Source: the human T2T-CHM13v2.0 reference genome, Homo sapiens
DNA: 64,000 nt
Assembly: GCF_009914755.1 (NCBI RefSeq)
Contig: NC_060926.1
Direction: 5' to 3' (one strand)
Part shown: positions 17,067-30,715 of the stretch, in pieces
Position numbering within the stretch: position 1 is the stretch's first letter
Layout: every line of letters begins with the position of its first letter
Notes under the pieces: generated by a model
The model's database searches: none
What the model saw: the letters and a program-made list of their open reading frames with translations, nothing else
What the model was told of the DNA's origin: nothing
Translations under genes and position numbers: made by a program

Positions 17067-17388
17067 AATAGGGAACCCCTGGCAAGTCTTAAACTTAGAT
17101 TTTCATCAATGTAAGAAAATGAGTATAGTCTCCTGGGCCTTCAGGGTCTCTAAAATGTCTTTTAAAAACTTAAAGGGGGAACAAATGCTACAGTGAGGGA
17201 GGCGTTGGTCTCTGTTGCCATCTGCATGGAGTCCCCATGGGTCACAGGTCTCTTAGAAGCACAAGAGAATGAATGTGTGGCAAACCGAAGCACTCAGTGG
17301 CCATTAGAGAAATGACACAGGGCTGATATAACTCTGGACCTGGGCCTTATTATTCATGTGGGTGATCTTATGGTACTGAGTAATGCAT

Positions 17389-17390
<2 letters not shown>

Positions 17391-17421
<31 letters not shown>
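17391..17421. repeat. (GT)n microsatellite
   Basis: About 15 GT units. Confidence 0.95.
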
Positions 17422-17424
<3 letters not shown>

Positions 17425-19120
17425 TCATAGGGTCTGCCACCTGTTGTAACAGCACGCTTTCCCAATGCCGCAACACTCCACCTATATCTGTTCATAGTCT
17501 AGATTTTTTTCTGTTTCCCTCTCTGTTGAGAGAAAGCAGGAAGGAGGAAAGTAAGACTTGGTGAAAAAGATTAATGTAATGAATATATAATAATCCAGAA
17601 AAATTGAAGAAAAGGCCAATCCAAAAGAATGGAAAGTCTGGATTATGGACTACTGTGGACATATGTGGCATTATTACTTTAAACATTCCATTGGGTAATA
17701 TACACTGGTGGTTCATAAATTCTGAATCTACCCAGGGAAGCCCCTAATTATATTTTCTTGCTCCTTACCATCCCCCCAAATCTATTTGACTTGGTGGCTG
17801 CCAACAATACACTCAAAACACACGCTGCCCTCCTACCTAAATGACCGAGTGAGTCACTACTCCCTGACAAACCCACGAGTGGCCTATTTTCAAGAGTTAT
17901 TTTACTACAAAACAGAGGTAAACCAAATATGAAGCAACAAGAACAGAAAGGCTAAGGTGACCCAGCTAAAGCTGTGACCATCTGGACTGGGCCTCACCTC
18001 TCAGATACTGCCTAGATTCTCAGCCATCCTTCCTTCCCTATCTGGCCCTTCCAGTTCCCCCTCCTTGACCCTCCCAGCTGCGCTGCAGGCCTCTGGAAGT
18101 CTCTATGGGCTCCAGCTGTCTTGCTGTTGCCAAAGACCTACTCAGTTTATGGTAATGAAATCTAAAGGCGGTGTACCCTTTGGTGTGGCTTTGCTTCCAC
18201 ATAGAAAATTCTAAGCCAGCAGCGTCTCTTCTTAGTCTGAAAATCTGGGGAGGCGGGGTAAGTCAGGGAAAAGAGAAAACTGTTTACTGTGGAAGGGAGT
18301 AGTAAGCAGCTGCTCTGCTAGGCACTTGATTCGTAACTTCACGAAATATTTAGCAGAACCCTGTGACCCCTACCTTACAGACGAAGGAACTAAGGCCCAG
18401 AGAAGCTTAAAGCCGCAGAACCAATTAGTGCCGGGATTCAAACGCAAGCCTGCCGGACCCTGTAGTGTGTGCTCTTATACATCATACCACTTCCCCAAAG
18501 CCACTGGCTTCATTAACTGCAATGTGTAAAGTTTCTCAGAGAGCCAGAAGGATACAGTTGTCTCTTCCTATTTCAAAATTCAGTCTTCCCTCTTGAACAG
18601 CCTGTACGTTTTTACTTCAGATCTCAGTTGATTTGTTAAGTCTGCTACATATGTTGTCTAGCCCTTGTTGCAAGCCTCCAGCAGGCGGGAGGTCATAGGG
18701 GAGAGACCAGACCCTGCAGAAGATTTGGGTAGATAAAGAGAAGGCCCTTATTGACTTGCTGCCACTTCCTATTTTTCTAAATTGTTCTCTTATGACCCAT
18801 CACTGGGAGGAAGGAGTAGATCTCTCCCTCAAATCCTACGAGATTGAAAAATTAAAGCTATCATACAATCCTCTATGAAAGTAAGATCATAGTTATTTCA
18901 AGATATCTGCGATAATGCTATTCATGTTAGTTATTTGCTAGACTAACCTTTTTTCTTTGCATGGACCAAGCAGAGAAAAGCTTCAACCCCACCCTCTTCG
19001 TTAGTACTGAATATGAAGTCTCTGGTTCTGAGCTTGGTGGTACTGCCGTTTTTCTATTTTAGGGTTAGATTTTCATTATCCTCCTCCACTCATTATCTTT
19101 CTTCTTTAAAGCTTTCCTGA

Positions 19121-19440
<320 letters not shown>

Positions 19441-19505
19441 TTTGTGTGTACTTTAAATAGACCAGCTGAAGGAAATACAAAGCAGAATGAAATTGTTCCT
19501 TTTCT

Positions 19506-19610
19506 CTATCGGCATTTTTCTCCATGCAAAGATGAAAATAAGTATATTAACATTTACTATCGGCATTTTTCTCCATGCAAAGATGAAAGTAAGTATATTA
19601 ACATTTACTA
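19506..19610. repeat. 51-bp tandem duplication (2 copies, 1 mismatch)
   Basis: ctatcggcatttttctccatgcaaagatgaaa(a/g)taagtatattaacattta x2. Confidence 0.95.
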
Positions 19611-19899
19611 ACTTTCCCATCACAAACCACAAACCTTCAGCACTTTTTACCCCATTGGAAAGTAAGTTGGGATGCAAATAACCTCCACTGCAAGTACAAC
19701 TTGACATTCAAGCCTGAGGTGGCCACATCTTCTCCAACCTATTAAATAAAACCTTAGGTTTTTCCTAAAGAAAAGTGAGTCACTCAAGAGCTTCCTCAGC
19801 CTGTTTGAAGCCAGCCGTGCCCCTGGCTGAAAGGGCTGGAAGTTGCAGGGGCACATTGCTGCTGGCTGAAACCTGGGCAGAACTTGAGGGCTATGATTC

Positions 19900-20138
19900 A
19901 TTTGTTTGTTTTGTTTAGAGACAAGGTCTCTGTCTGTCGCCCAGGCTGGAGAAGGGTGCAGCGGCCCAGTCACAGCTCACTGCAGCCTCAAACTTCTGGG
20001 CTCAAGTGATCCTCCCACCTCAGCATCCCCAGCTGGGATTACAGGCATGAGCCACCCTGTGCTCTTATACATCATACCACTAACAGCTACTTTTTCAGTT
20101 TATTATAAAGACGGTGTCTTGCTCTGTTGCCCAGGCTG
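19900..20138 (-). mobile_element. Alu (AluJ-like, truncated) with a non-Alu insert
   Basis: Reverse Alu consensus interrupted at about 20055-20081. Confidence 0.8.
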
Positions 20139-20345
20139 TCATTTGTCGAAGGATCACAGAAGTTGGAGTTCTGGGCTTTTTGGCTCTGACTCACCTAGGT
20201 AGAGCCACAGCCTCAGGATCACAGTTCTGTCTGAACACTTATGGAGGGAGCAGTGATCAGCTCAGCAGGATTGTCAATTAGCCTTGTAAGCTAAACTCCA
20301 GTGCTGTGTCCACCAAGAGCTCAACAAGCTTCGTGCTACAGATCA

Positions 20346-20359
20346 CCACCAGGTGGCAC
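20346..20359 (+). promoter_or_regulatory. Candidate CTCF site CCACCAGGTGGCAC
   Basis: Exact match to the core consensus CCASYAGRKGGCRS in non-repetitive intron sequence. Confidence 0.55.
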
Positions 20360-21029
20360 ACGTTTAATGATCATGCCCATCCAGGGTGGCGGGAACCTGC
20401 TACTGCCAAGCTCAGGAGTTATTTTGGCCTCATTCTGGGCTGACAAAAGCTACATTATTAACCTCAAACTATAACTGGATTTTTCTTTCTTGCTTTTAGT
20501 GTATTTCCCTCATTGATTAAGTACTATATTGTTAGGAGATAAAAACTTTGAAGGCTTTAGAAATAATAAACTACTAATGTTGCCAAAATTTCATCCCAGT
20601 AAGGAATAGGAAAAAAAAAAAGCTGAGCTCTGAATACTTCGTCTTCATGAAAAAGTTGCTTCTGGGCGTCAGGTCTGGCGCCAGGCAAAAGAGTGAAACA
20701 GGTTAAGTGTGGCTTGTACTTGCCATCTTTCTCCCTTTGCTGTCTGTCTTCTGATTTCACACTCCTCCCTAATTTCAAATAATACCCTTGTTAAATTTTT
20801 TTAAAAGGTTTAAAGCCCGTTTTCAATGTTTCGTATAGAATCCACTGTAGGTCATTGTTTTTCATGTAACTTATGTGCTTCCACAATGCTTGATGGAGGC
20901 CTTAGCCTTCTCCAACCCCACCCTGAAATCTCAAACAGTCATCCCGGTGGGCAGTCCAGGAGGAGATTGGTACCAGCTCTCCCATTCTCCAAGTACATTG
21001 ACCACAGTGTAGCAGAATGCAGCTCTCTG

Positions 21030-21145
21030 GAAAGAAAGGGAGAAGGAAGGAAGAAAGGGAAGGAGAGAGGGAGGGAAGGAGGGAGAGAGGAAGGGAGGAA
21101 GAAAGGGAGGGAGGGAGGAAGGGGAATGAAGGAAAGAAAAAGGAA
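21030..21145. repeat. Polypurine (GGAA/GGGA) low-complexity tract
   Basis: Almost pure A/G run. Confidence 0.9.
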
Positions 21146-22179
21146 ATCGATAATCCAAGACATTTTATATACATATATGGACAATTCTTCACAAAGTCAG
21201 ATCTTCCCATGGTGCCCTAATATCTTCCAGGGTCACACCAGGACTATTACACAAAGTCATTTACAACCACTGGGTAGGAAGAAATCTTTTGCACCTAGAT
21301 CTTTGGCTGGTGCAGCATTTTACACTTTCAGTACAATCAGTTGTGTTTTTCTCCATCAGGTTTATGGTCTTCTCCCAGTCAGTATACCCCGTAGCTACCC
21401 CTCCAAATTCCCCTCTGATCTGGACAGGGATTTCTTTGATCTCCTAAACCCACTGTTCCATTGTAAGCGCTCAGGTCAGGAGGCCTCTCCTCTTTTGTAC
21501 CTGTAGGGGATCCAGGCACAGGAGGTGGAGGGAGTGGAAGATGGGAGTGGAAGTCTTCCTCATATCCTTTCATAGGGGGCTAGGTACCCTATTCTCGTGT
21601 TTGTGTGTCTCCTCTGAGCTACAGTCACAGAGGTCACTTTGCTTTGCTTGGAAATGAGTTGAAAAAAACCTCCTCTCGATCTGGCATCCTTCCTATTGTT
21701 CCAACAAAGGTTTGCTTGTTGGGAAAGCACCCCAGTTGTCCACGAGTTTACTCTCATTTGACCCTGGGGAAATATTCAAGTAAGTTCAGATCAACCAGAC
21801 CATCTCTTTTCTGTTTGTTAAACTTGCGGTGCTGAAAGCATAAAGGAACCTACCTTAAGTCACCAAGTTAGAGCTCCAATCCTTGCTGTAACCCAAAAAA
21901 ACTCTGCTTCTTTTTATTTTTTTCTTCCTCTTTTCTATAGGCCTCTAATCACATCACTCTTACCCAGCTAGTCCCCCTTCCTCTTCCTCCCATGATTCTC
22001 TATCTCTCCTCTCCACCCCACCCTTCTCTGACGTCTCCCTTCTTCCCTTCCTTACTTCTGAAAAAGGGGAAAAAAAGAAAAAAGGAGGTACATTGCAAGA
22101 TGGAGAAGAGAGGGATGGAAGGGTAGAAAAAGTGCTTTGTAAAATTCCAGGGAGTAGCAAGCCAGGCCTGGTCAGTAGC

Positions 22180-22613
22180 TGTGTTAGGCCGTTCTCACAT
22201 TGCTATAAAGAATAGCTGAGACTGGGTAATTTGTAAAGTAAAGAGGTTTAATTGGATCACGGTTCTGCAGGCTGTACAGGAAGCACGATGCTGGCATCTG
22301 CTCAGCCTCTGAGGAGGCCTCAGGAAACTTACAATTATGGTGGAAGGCGAAGGGGAAGCAGGCATGTCACAGGGCGCAGCAGGAGCAAGACAGAGAGACG
22401 GGAGGCGCTACGCACTTTTAAACAGCCAGAATTCATGAGAACTCACTCACCATCACTATCACTTGGTGGGACAGTAGCAAAAGGGATGGTGCTAAACCAT
22501 TCACGAGAAATTCACCCTCATGATACAATCACCTCTCACCAAGCCCACTTCCAACACTGGGGGTTACATTTCAGTATGAGAGTTGGGCAGGGACACACAT
22601 CCAAACTGTATTA
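22180..22613 (-). mobile_element. MaLR solo LTR (MSTA-like)
   Basis: tgtgttaggccgttctcacattgctataaagaa...; 5-bp TSD gtagc/atagc. Confidence 0.85.
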
Positions 22614-22949
22614 ATAGCCTACCCAGACAAGACTGTCCTGGCCCAGTATTCCTCTTAGAAACTGAAGAAAAGGAAAAAAGAAACCCTCTGATAACCTACA
22701 ACTCCCTGAGCTTTTTAGTTGCCAACTTTAAACAAATTTTCCTACTTACCTAAATAGCAGTCTCCTACTGGTAGCTGAGAATGGTCTTGTAGATGCCACC
22801 TCAGTGCTGCATCTACAACACTAATTAGAATAGACTATTTTGCACATCAAATAGGAATAGCTCTAAAACATTGAAAAAGGTATCCCTTAGAATTTCCACT
22901 GCGTGTCATTTAAATGAGCATGTAAAAAGGTCTTTCAAGTGATGTGCTC

Positions 22950-23252
22950 TTTATTTATTTGTATTTTATTTATTTATTTATTTTGAGACAGAGTCTCGCT
23001 TTGTTACCCAGGCTGGGGTGAAGTGGCGTGATCTGAGCTCACTGCAACCTGTACCTCCCGGATTCAAGTGATTCTCCTGCCTTAGCCTCCCAAGTAGCTG
23101 GAATTAGGTGCATGCCACCATGCCCAGCTAATTTTTGTATTTTTAGTAGAGATGGGGTTTCACCATGTTGGCCAGGCTGGTCTCGAACTCCTGACCTCAG
23201 GTGATCCGCCCAACTCCCAAAGTGCTGGGATTACAGGTGTGGCATGCCAGGC
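22950..23252 (-). mobile_element. Alu (AluSx-like)
   Basis: Reverse Alu; TSD ctctttatt. Confidence 0.9.
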
Positions 23253-23503
23253 CTCTTTATTAGTTCAATACACATTTGTATAGAAGCCATTAGTAAAGGT
23301 TTTTTTTGTTTTGTTTTGTTTTTCTGTAGTCGGGATATCTGCTATTAGGTGTGCAATGAAAAACTTTAAAAAATCCTTAATGCAGGCCTGTGACTCACAG
23401 TATGTTGGATGGCTGGGAGAATGGGCCCTGCTGCATGTATTTTTGTAGGGTCCTTTCTTCTCTACACCTTGTTTGTGTGATTCCGTCTCTATTCTGTTTC
23501 AAG

Positions 23504-23636
23504 CCTCTTCCCTGGCTCTTTACGGTACCTCGTCCAGCAGCACCTGGATCTGCTTCACGCACTGCAGGAAAGGGTCCTGAAGTGGCCACGCCAAGGCGTT
23601 CTTGGAGATTTATTCCTTAAGTTAACAAATGACGAG
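23504..23636 (+). CDS. ARHGEF33: ARHGEF33 DH-domain exon (SLFPGSLRYLVQQHLDLL...LTNDE)
   Basis: ttcaag|C acceptor, GAG|gtaagg donor, 133 nt; DH pattern LF..L......H..LL..L...V..W.....LGDLFL. Confidence 0.92.
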
Positions 23637-23939
23637 GTAAGGTTTTTTCTGCCCCTCTATACATTTTACTTATACGGATTTGTGTCTCATTTGTCTACTT
23701 CTCTTAATAGAGAATCTAGAAGCAGTGAATTTCACAGCTAGAACCACTGAGATCTAGTCTAACTTTCTCATTCTACATACAGATCATGGAATGATTCAGA
23801 GAGATTTAAAAGCCTTGCTGAAATCACCCCGCTAGCTAGGTAGTTGGAGATGTGTGACTTTCAGAGCCCTAAGTTAGGTCTTCTGACTTCTAGTTCATAA
23901 CTTTCCACTGTATTATAACTGCCTCCATTGAATACGCAT

Positions 23940-24310
23940 GTCGATGTGTGTATGTATTGTGTGTGTGTTTTTATATAAATGTATGTATATATATTTGTGG
24001 GCCGGGTGTGGTGGCTCGTGCCTGTAATCCCAACACTTTGGGAGGCTGAAGCAGGAGAATTGTTTGAACCCAGGACTTCAAAACTAGCTTGAGCGACACA
24101 GCAAGACCCTGTCTTTATTAAATTAAAAAAAAAGTATATATACATTAAAACATGTATATATATGCATCTGTGTATATATATACACAAATATATATGCATC
24201 TGTGTGTATATATACACAAATATATATATACAAACATGAGATATATACACACACATGCATATATATATACACATGAGAGTTTGTATATACATGTGTATTT
24301 TCACACACAA
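23940..24310. repeat. (TA/CA)n low-complexity tract containing an Alu monomer (FLAM-like, +, about 23999-24133)
   Basis: Alternating purine-pyrimidine runs around an Alu left-arm sequence. Confidence 0.85.
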
Positions 24311-25218
24311 TTTTCATTCCTTGGAGATTTTTTAAAAAATGTGATGGGTGGCTATTATCTTGAATTTTGCAATCTCTACAATATCCTACAAAGAAAATAT
24401 GATCCAAGCCAGAGGCTGCAAACTCAAATGCCTATGGGGCCAGACAGTGGCATAAATGAGTGAAGTGAACACAGTATGGACTGGTGTGAAGTGTGAGCTG
24501 CAGTGGAGCAGCTGTGTTGTTCTACAAGGAATAGCTACTCAGCTTTATCCAATCATTATGCAGGAAAAAAGGACTAGAGTTGCCAGAGCTTCTGATATTT
24601 TAAGAAAAGCTGGAAATCCAGAATTTTGTGGGAAATTTTCTTATTTTTAAAAGATTGTGTGGGCTAATTAAAATTGGTCTGCAAGCCAGACTTTGCCTGA
24701 AATCAATTTCTGTGTATCAATTATTCTCAACTGTGGATAACAATACAAAGTTTACAAATTATTTTCTTCTACAGACTAGAGTGCATATAATGTACTAATA
24801 TCCTCTAATATCATTTTTACTCACTTGTGTTCAGTATGCTTCCTTTAGCTGAGAATTATTATAACTTTAGAAGCTGAGAATGATTTTCCTAAGGGGATAA
24901 TGCATAGATAAATATGTAATTAGTGGAAATATGCAATTACTAGAAAATGTTGTGAACTACTGATCTGGATGACATGAAGTGGGATGGGCAGAGTCCCTCA
25001 TCTGGACGTACATGATTGACTGAAATGAAATGGAATTACAAAAATAAAAGATACATTTTTATTGTTAAGTGACTAAAAAAATACATTTTCAACTTACATG
25101 AACCTCCCTCCTCCCTGGTTTCATTATTTCACTTTCTCTCATTAGGGAGGGGATGCTGAGTTTTGATTCCAAAGGGTAGGAATGTTTACCTTAAAACCAA
25201 AATTTTTTTTAAGATACA

Positions 25219-25510
25219 TTTTTTTTTTTTTGAGCCGGAGTCTCACTCTGTCCCCTAGGCTGGAGTGCAGTGGTGCAATCTCGGCTCACTGCAAGCTCTG
25301 CCTCCCGGGTTCATGCCATTCTCCTACCTCAGCCTCCTGAGTAGCTGAGATTAGCGGCACCTGCCATCATGCCTGGCTAATTTTTTGTATTTTAGTAGAG
25401 ACGGGGTTTCACCGTGTTGCCCAGGCTGGTCTCGATCTCCTGAGCTCAGGCAATCCACCTGCCTTGGCCTCCCAAAGTGCTAGGATTACAGGCGTGAGCC
25501 ACTGCGCCTT
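25219..25510 (-). mobile_element. Alu
   Basis: Reverse Alu consensus. Confidence 0.9.
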
Positions 25511-25676
25511 ATCTAAGATTAATTCTTTAAAGCCTCAAAATATATAAAATGAAGAACATATTAAATGAATAAGATAATCTCTGCAAAGTACTCTTCTTTT
25601 ACATATATGACTCTATAAAAATATTATAGATCCTGTTTTCAGGTTCTTACCATGCATTTTTGTGTTTGTTTTAAAG

Positions 25677-25760
25677 AATAATTTCTTGGATTATTATGTT
25701 GCCTACCTAAGGGACCTGCCTGAGTGCATCTCATTGGTTCATGTTGTAGTCCTGAAAGAG
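25677..25760 (+). CDS. ARHGEF33: ARHGEF33 DH-domain exon (NNFLDYYVAYLRDLPEC...LKE)
   Basis: ttaaag|AAT acceptor, GAG|gtgagt donor, 84 nt; DH F..Y..Y pattern. Confidence 0.92.
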
Positions 25761-26887
25761 GTGAGTTAACGCCATATATATGCTATCCTTCATCTGCACA
25801 TGGCATCATATGATGTTGCTCATCCACCCAGTCAATACAGCGCATGCACTGTGCTTTCTAGGCTGGGGAATGGCCTGAACACAGCCACTAATACCACTAC
25901 CTGGCATTAAAGGAACTCACTTGAGGATCAGTGCCATTGTGTTGGTCCTCTCCCTGCCTTACTGACCCTCTGTTCCATTCCATTGGAACTATAGACAAAC
26001 TATAGTTCTATAATGGGCATTCTATGCAGAGATCTCCAGGCTGCAGCTTACATGCTGTATGTGGTGGGTTTTTTTCCAGTCTCAGAAGATGTGAATCTGA
26101 ATATTAAACTTCAGTCATCCTTTGTCAGTTTATAAGATAAGGTGGCTCTAGTCATGTTGCTTGAAGTATTGCTACTGCAATGATACATTAGGTGCTCAGT
26201 AAGCACATACACATCTATAACAACTTAGTTACTTCAGATCAATAGGAAAAAACAGTATCAGAAGCCCCAACACTAAGAGTTAATCAAATTTCACAAGAGA
26301 TGAGAGGCTCTGTCTTACTAAGTTTCTACTTCAACCCCCCACTACTCCCAACCCAGTATAATGCCTACCATGTTAGCTTTCAGCAAATATCTGGGAAAGA
26401 GAAGAGAAGGAAAAGGAAGGGACACAGAGAAAGTGCAGCATGTTTTCTGCGGCCAGGCCAGCTAACTAGGTTCTAATGACACTCCCTTTTCCATTGTCCT
26501 GAAGCGCCAAGTCTCCCTTAGAGCCTGTTACTACACCATTGTCATGATTACTTGCTGGAGAGTCTTAATGAATTAATTCAGCTAAAATATAGTTCATTGA
26601 GTGCCCGCTTCTGTCTGGAACTGCGCTGAGTGGAAGGAGAGGGTAGTTTGGAAATTTGGGTGGATTCAAAATAAGTATATGATATGCTCCCTGAGGGAGA
26701 AGAGCTGTCTCCTAGGGCATGTCCCTGAACATGTGGCCTCTCCTATGAGACAGCAATGCTCTATGACAATCTCTGGGAAGAAAATGCTCTGGGAGGAAAC
26801 CCTTCCTACCCTGGTGGGACTGATTCGAGGTTCTGCTGCCACAGCTGGAGGAACACTGAAGAGTAACTTGACCTTTCTTTCATTCAG

Positions 26888-26971
26888 GGTGATGAAGAGA
26901 TTAAATCTGACATCTACACGTTGTTTTTTCACATAGTCCAGCGCATCCCTGAATATCTGATACATCTGCAG
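26888..26971 (+). CDS. ARHGEF33: ARHGEF33 DH-domain exon (GDEEIKSDIYTLFFHIVQRIPEYLIHLQ)
   Basis: ttcag|GGT acceptor, CAG|gtaggc donor, 84 nt; DH conserved region 3 VQRI motif. Confidence 0.93.
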
Positions 26972-27148
26972 GTAGGCATGGGTGGGAAAGCCACCAAACT
27001 GATTTGCATGCTAAGTAATTATTGGTTTTGGCTCCCAACTGAGAAATACTGTAAAGCCTCAAGAATCATTAATATTTCTAAGAAGTGTTTATTTAGATTG
27101 TTATGATTACCTGATAACCCATAATACCCTGTGGTATGAGCTAAAACC

Positions 27149-27448
27149 TTTTTTTTTTTTTTTTTGAGACAGAGTCTTGCTCTGTCACCCAGGCTGGAGT
27201 ACAGTGGTGTGATCTAGGCTCACTGCAACCTCTGCCTCCTGGGTTCAAGTGACTCTCCTGCATCAGCCTCCCGAGTAGCTGGGACTACAGGCATGTGCCA
27301 CCATGCCCAGCTAATTTTTGTATTTTTAGTAGAGATGGGGTTTCACCATGTTGGCCAGGCTGGTCTTGAACTCCTGACCTCAAGTGATCTGCCTGCCTCA
27401 GCCTCCCAAAGTGGTGGGATTACAGGTGTGAGCCGCTGCAGCCAGCCT
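27149..27448 (-). mobile_element. Alu (AluSx-like)
   Basis: Reverse Alu; TSD ctaaaa.cttt. Confidence 0.9.
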
Positions 27449-27991
27449 AAAATCTTTATTTCTAAAAATTTTCAGCTCATGATGCTTACCTCTGAAGTTC
27501 TATCTTTACTTACCAGCAACTTCCACCTCAGCTGATCCAGGATCTTTCTAGAACCACTCCTGCTAGATTCTAAGCACCTCATCCAGTTCTTTCCATTTTG
27601 GTTTTTACAGCTATCTAAATGCCACCACCTGACATCTAAATATCCATCTAACCTGTTCACTTAACTGCTATCCTGACTACTTTCTTTTGGCATTGGTCCA
27701 AGGTTCTACCATGCCATGCTTAAGCTTTATGTCACAGAAGAGGCATGAAGATGATGAGCTGATGTCTTCACACCAATTTCCTGCAGGACTTGTGATATCC
27801 TGGAGGAAGAAGAGTTGAAAGAGAGGTTCACTAACCCCCACCAGACCCTCTTCTTCCCACCACCCACCTGTTCTGGTTTAATTGCTGACTGATCTTCTTA
27901 AGTAATTCAATGAAAGCGTCTTAGAAATGCTTGGGATTAATTTCAGGTAGAAGTAGTCCAGTAGTCCAGTATCAAAGCATCAATATTGAAA

Positions 27992-28485
<494 letters not shown>

Positions 28486-28519
28486 TGAAAAGACTTTCAA
28501 CTGTATATAGCTTTAGATC

Positions 28520-28950
28520 CTAAAAGCATTTTCTCACAATAATGATCTTATTTAATCCTTTCAACAATCCCATGAAATAGGTATTATTGTTGTCATGTTT
28601 TACAAGAGAAAATGCAGGGCCAAATAAGTTAACAATTTACCCAAGTTAACACACCTAGTAGGTAAAAAAAACTAGGACTGAAACCCAGGTTTTGCAAATA
28701 GTAGAATATGGCAAACAAGCCCTGGTTCTACTCTCTGACTTGAGTTCAAATCTTGCCTCCATTATTTACTAGATGTGTGACCTGATGAAGATCATTTACC
28801 TTCTTCGTACCTCGATTTCCTTACTTGTTAAATGGAGTTTATAATGGTACCTATTTAAGCACGTTGCGGTAACAATTAAATGAGATAATATACATAAAGG
28901 GCTTACTACCTGGCAATAGGAAGTACTCGATACATTTTAGCTTTCCCAAA
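28520..28950. mobile_element. Two MIR fragments in opposite orientation
   Basis: MIR core motifs (tttaatcctttcaacaatcccatg...; ttcaaatcttgcctccattatttactag...). Confidence 0.65.
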
Positions 28951-29415
28951 TCCAAGTCCTAGGCATGTTCCACTACAGCACAGCGGGGAATGTAACAGAA
29001 GGGGCCACCAGGCTTGATCATAAACATCCCCCTCCCTTGCCTGCCTTGATGCCTGACGTTCTCATCATTGGTCTGGCTCTTTTGAGTTAAGGCACTACTT
29101 ATAGACAGTAATTGTTAGAATGCCGCTATTATTTCAGAGGTCCAATTAGGAGATGCTTCTAACTTTTCAGATGAAATTATTTTATGTTCACATTCAACTC
29201 AAACAGGTACGATAGTGACTTATTTTCCGTTGGTATGATAGAGAGCAGCCAGTTTGACCTTTCAGCGTATAATTAGATGGGGGTCATGTGTATTGTTCAT
29301 TGTTTTGATTAAATGGCTATGAATCTCCCACAATAGATCAAGGTGAGGTGCAGAAGAGAAAAAACAAATTTTCATGCTGATTATGCAATGCTACTTCCTT
29401 TTCCCCTCCATCCAG

Positions 29416-29564
29416 AACGTCCTGAAGTTCACAGAGCAGGAGCACCCTGACTATTATCTACTACTGGTGTGTGTCCAGCGCCTCCGAGTATTTATCTCAC
29501 ACTACACCCTGCTGTTTCAATGCAATGAAGATTTGCTTATTCAGAAACGGAAAAAGCTCAAGAA
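29416..29564 (+). CDS. ARHGEF33: ARHGEF33 exon, end of DH domain (NVLKFTEQEHPDY...CNEDLLIQKRKKLKK)
   Basis: tccag|AAC acceptor, AA|gtaagg donor, 149 nt; LK.T...HPDY and terminal NE motifs of DH domains. Confidence 0.93.
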
Positions 29565-30550
29565 GTAAGGTTCTGATGGTGTGGTCTAGAGGGTCGAAGA
29601 CCAGTTACTATGGGTGTCTTTCACAAGTAACCACGTTGTGTGTTAAGTACCTGAAATGCAGTGGTGGGAGGTAGAAGGAAAGAGAGAAGGGGAGAGAAAG
29701 AGCTAGTCAGACTGGTTATAGGAGCAAGACACTGACTACCCAGTGGAAATTATTTTAGCAAAAAAAACACTTCACTCTACTGCTTACATAGACCCCCTCT
29801 CATCCCATGTTGCTAACCACCTCAAAAATAGTTCAACTGCCCTAAACTTGCCTGGTTCAAAACTGCAGTTAAAAGACCACAACATAGTTTTCTTTATTAA
29901 TTCAACAGATATTTATTGAGCACCTATTGTGTGTCAGGCACTGTTCCATGCACTGAATATAGTGAAAGGAACAAAATGGCCCCAACCAAATCTTTGCCAC
30001 ATGGAGTTTCCTTTTTAGAGTTGGACAGTGAACAAATAAATAAGATGGTGATATGTGATATGGATAAAAATAAAGCAAATAAGGGAGAGGAATTTCAGAT
30101 AGGTTTTATATTAGGGAGAAATAGGAAGTGTGGATTAGGGAGGATCTGAGCTTCGGAGGGAACAGAAGCAACCCACAGCACAGCTTCCTAATGACCTGGA
30201 TTTCCTTCAATTTCATCCCAACTCCTGTGGAGGAGAACAACCATTTCTGTGGAAGCCGCAGACCAGAAAAAGATGCTGTCTCCCAAGCCAGGGTTCCTGT
30301 TATGGAAGCTGTCTCTCCATACCCCCAACCCCTTCCCCCAAGCTCTTTTCAGCCAGTGAATCAGCTTCCCTAGTCCTGCCAGCTTGCACCCTATTAAGCA
30401 AAGCAACTTAGTTTGCAAAGGCCTCTGGAGATAGAGACCTTCACAGCAAACTTTATCTGAGACATCTCTCTATCTTTTTTGGCATAATATGTGTTCAGAG
30501 AGCCAGTTTGCCACTGTACAACCTGAGAACTGTTATTTCCATTCTGTTAG

Positions 30551-30715
30551 GTCATCCATGGCGAAGCTGTACAAAGGGCTGGCTTCCCAGTGTGCCAATG
30601 CTGGGCAAGATGCTTCCCCCACTGCAGGTCCTGAGGCTGTCCGTGACACTGGGATCCACTCAGAAGAGTTGCTGCAACCCTACCCTTCTGCTCCCAGTTC
30701 TGGCCCTGCCATCAC
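30551..30715 (+). CDS. ARHGEF33: ARHGEF33 coding exon (SSMAKLYKG...SGPAIT)
   Basis: gttag|G acceptor, AC|gtaagc donor, 165 nt, phase 2-2. Confidence 0.92.

Noticed and set aside
20826-21506. 226-aa ORF and overlapping reverse ORFs
   Set aside because: Spans a purine low-complexity tract that lacks stops; no recognisable domain
23861-24463. Tyr/Ile/His-rich ORFs
   Set aside because: Products of (TA/CA)n low-complexity DNA
25677-26971. Two consecutive 84-nt phase-0 exons as a mutually exclusive pair
   Set aside because: The peptides are not homologous and both are needed for successive DH motifs
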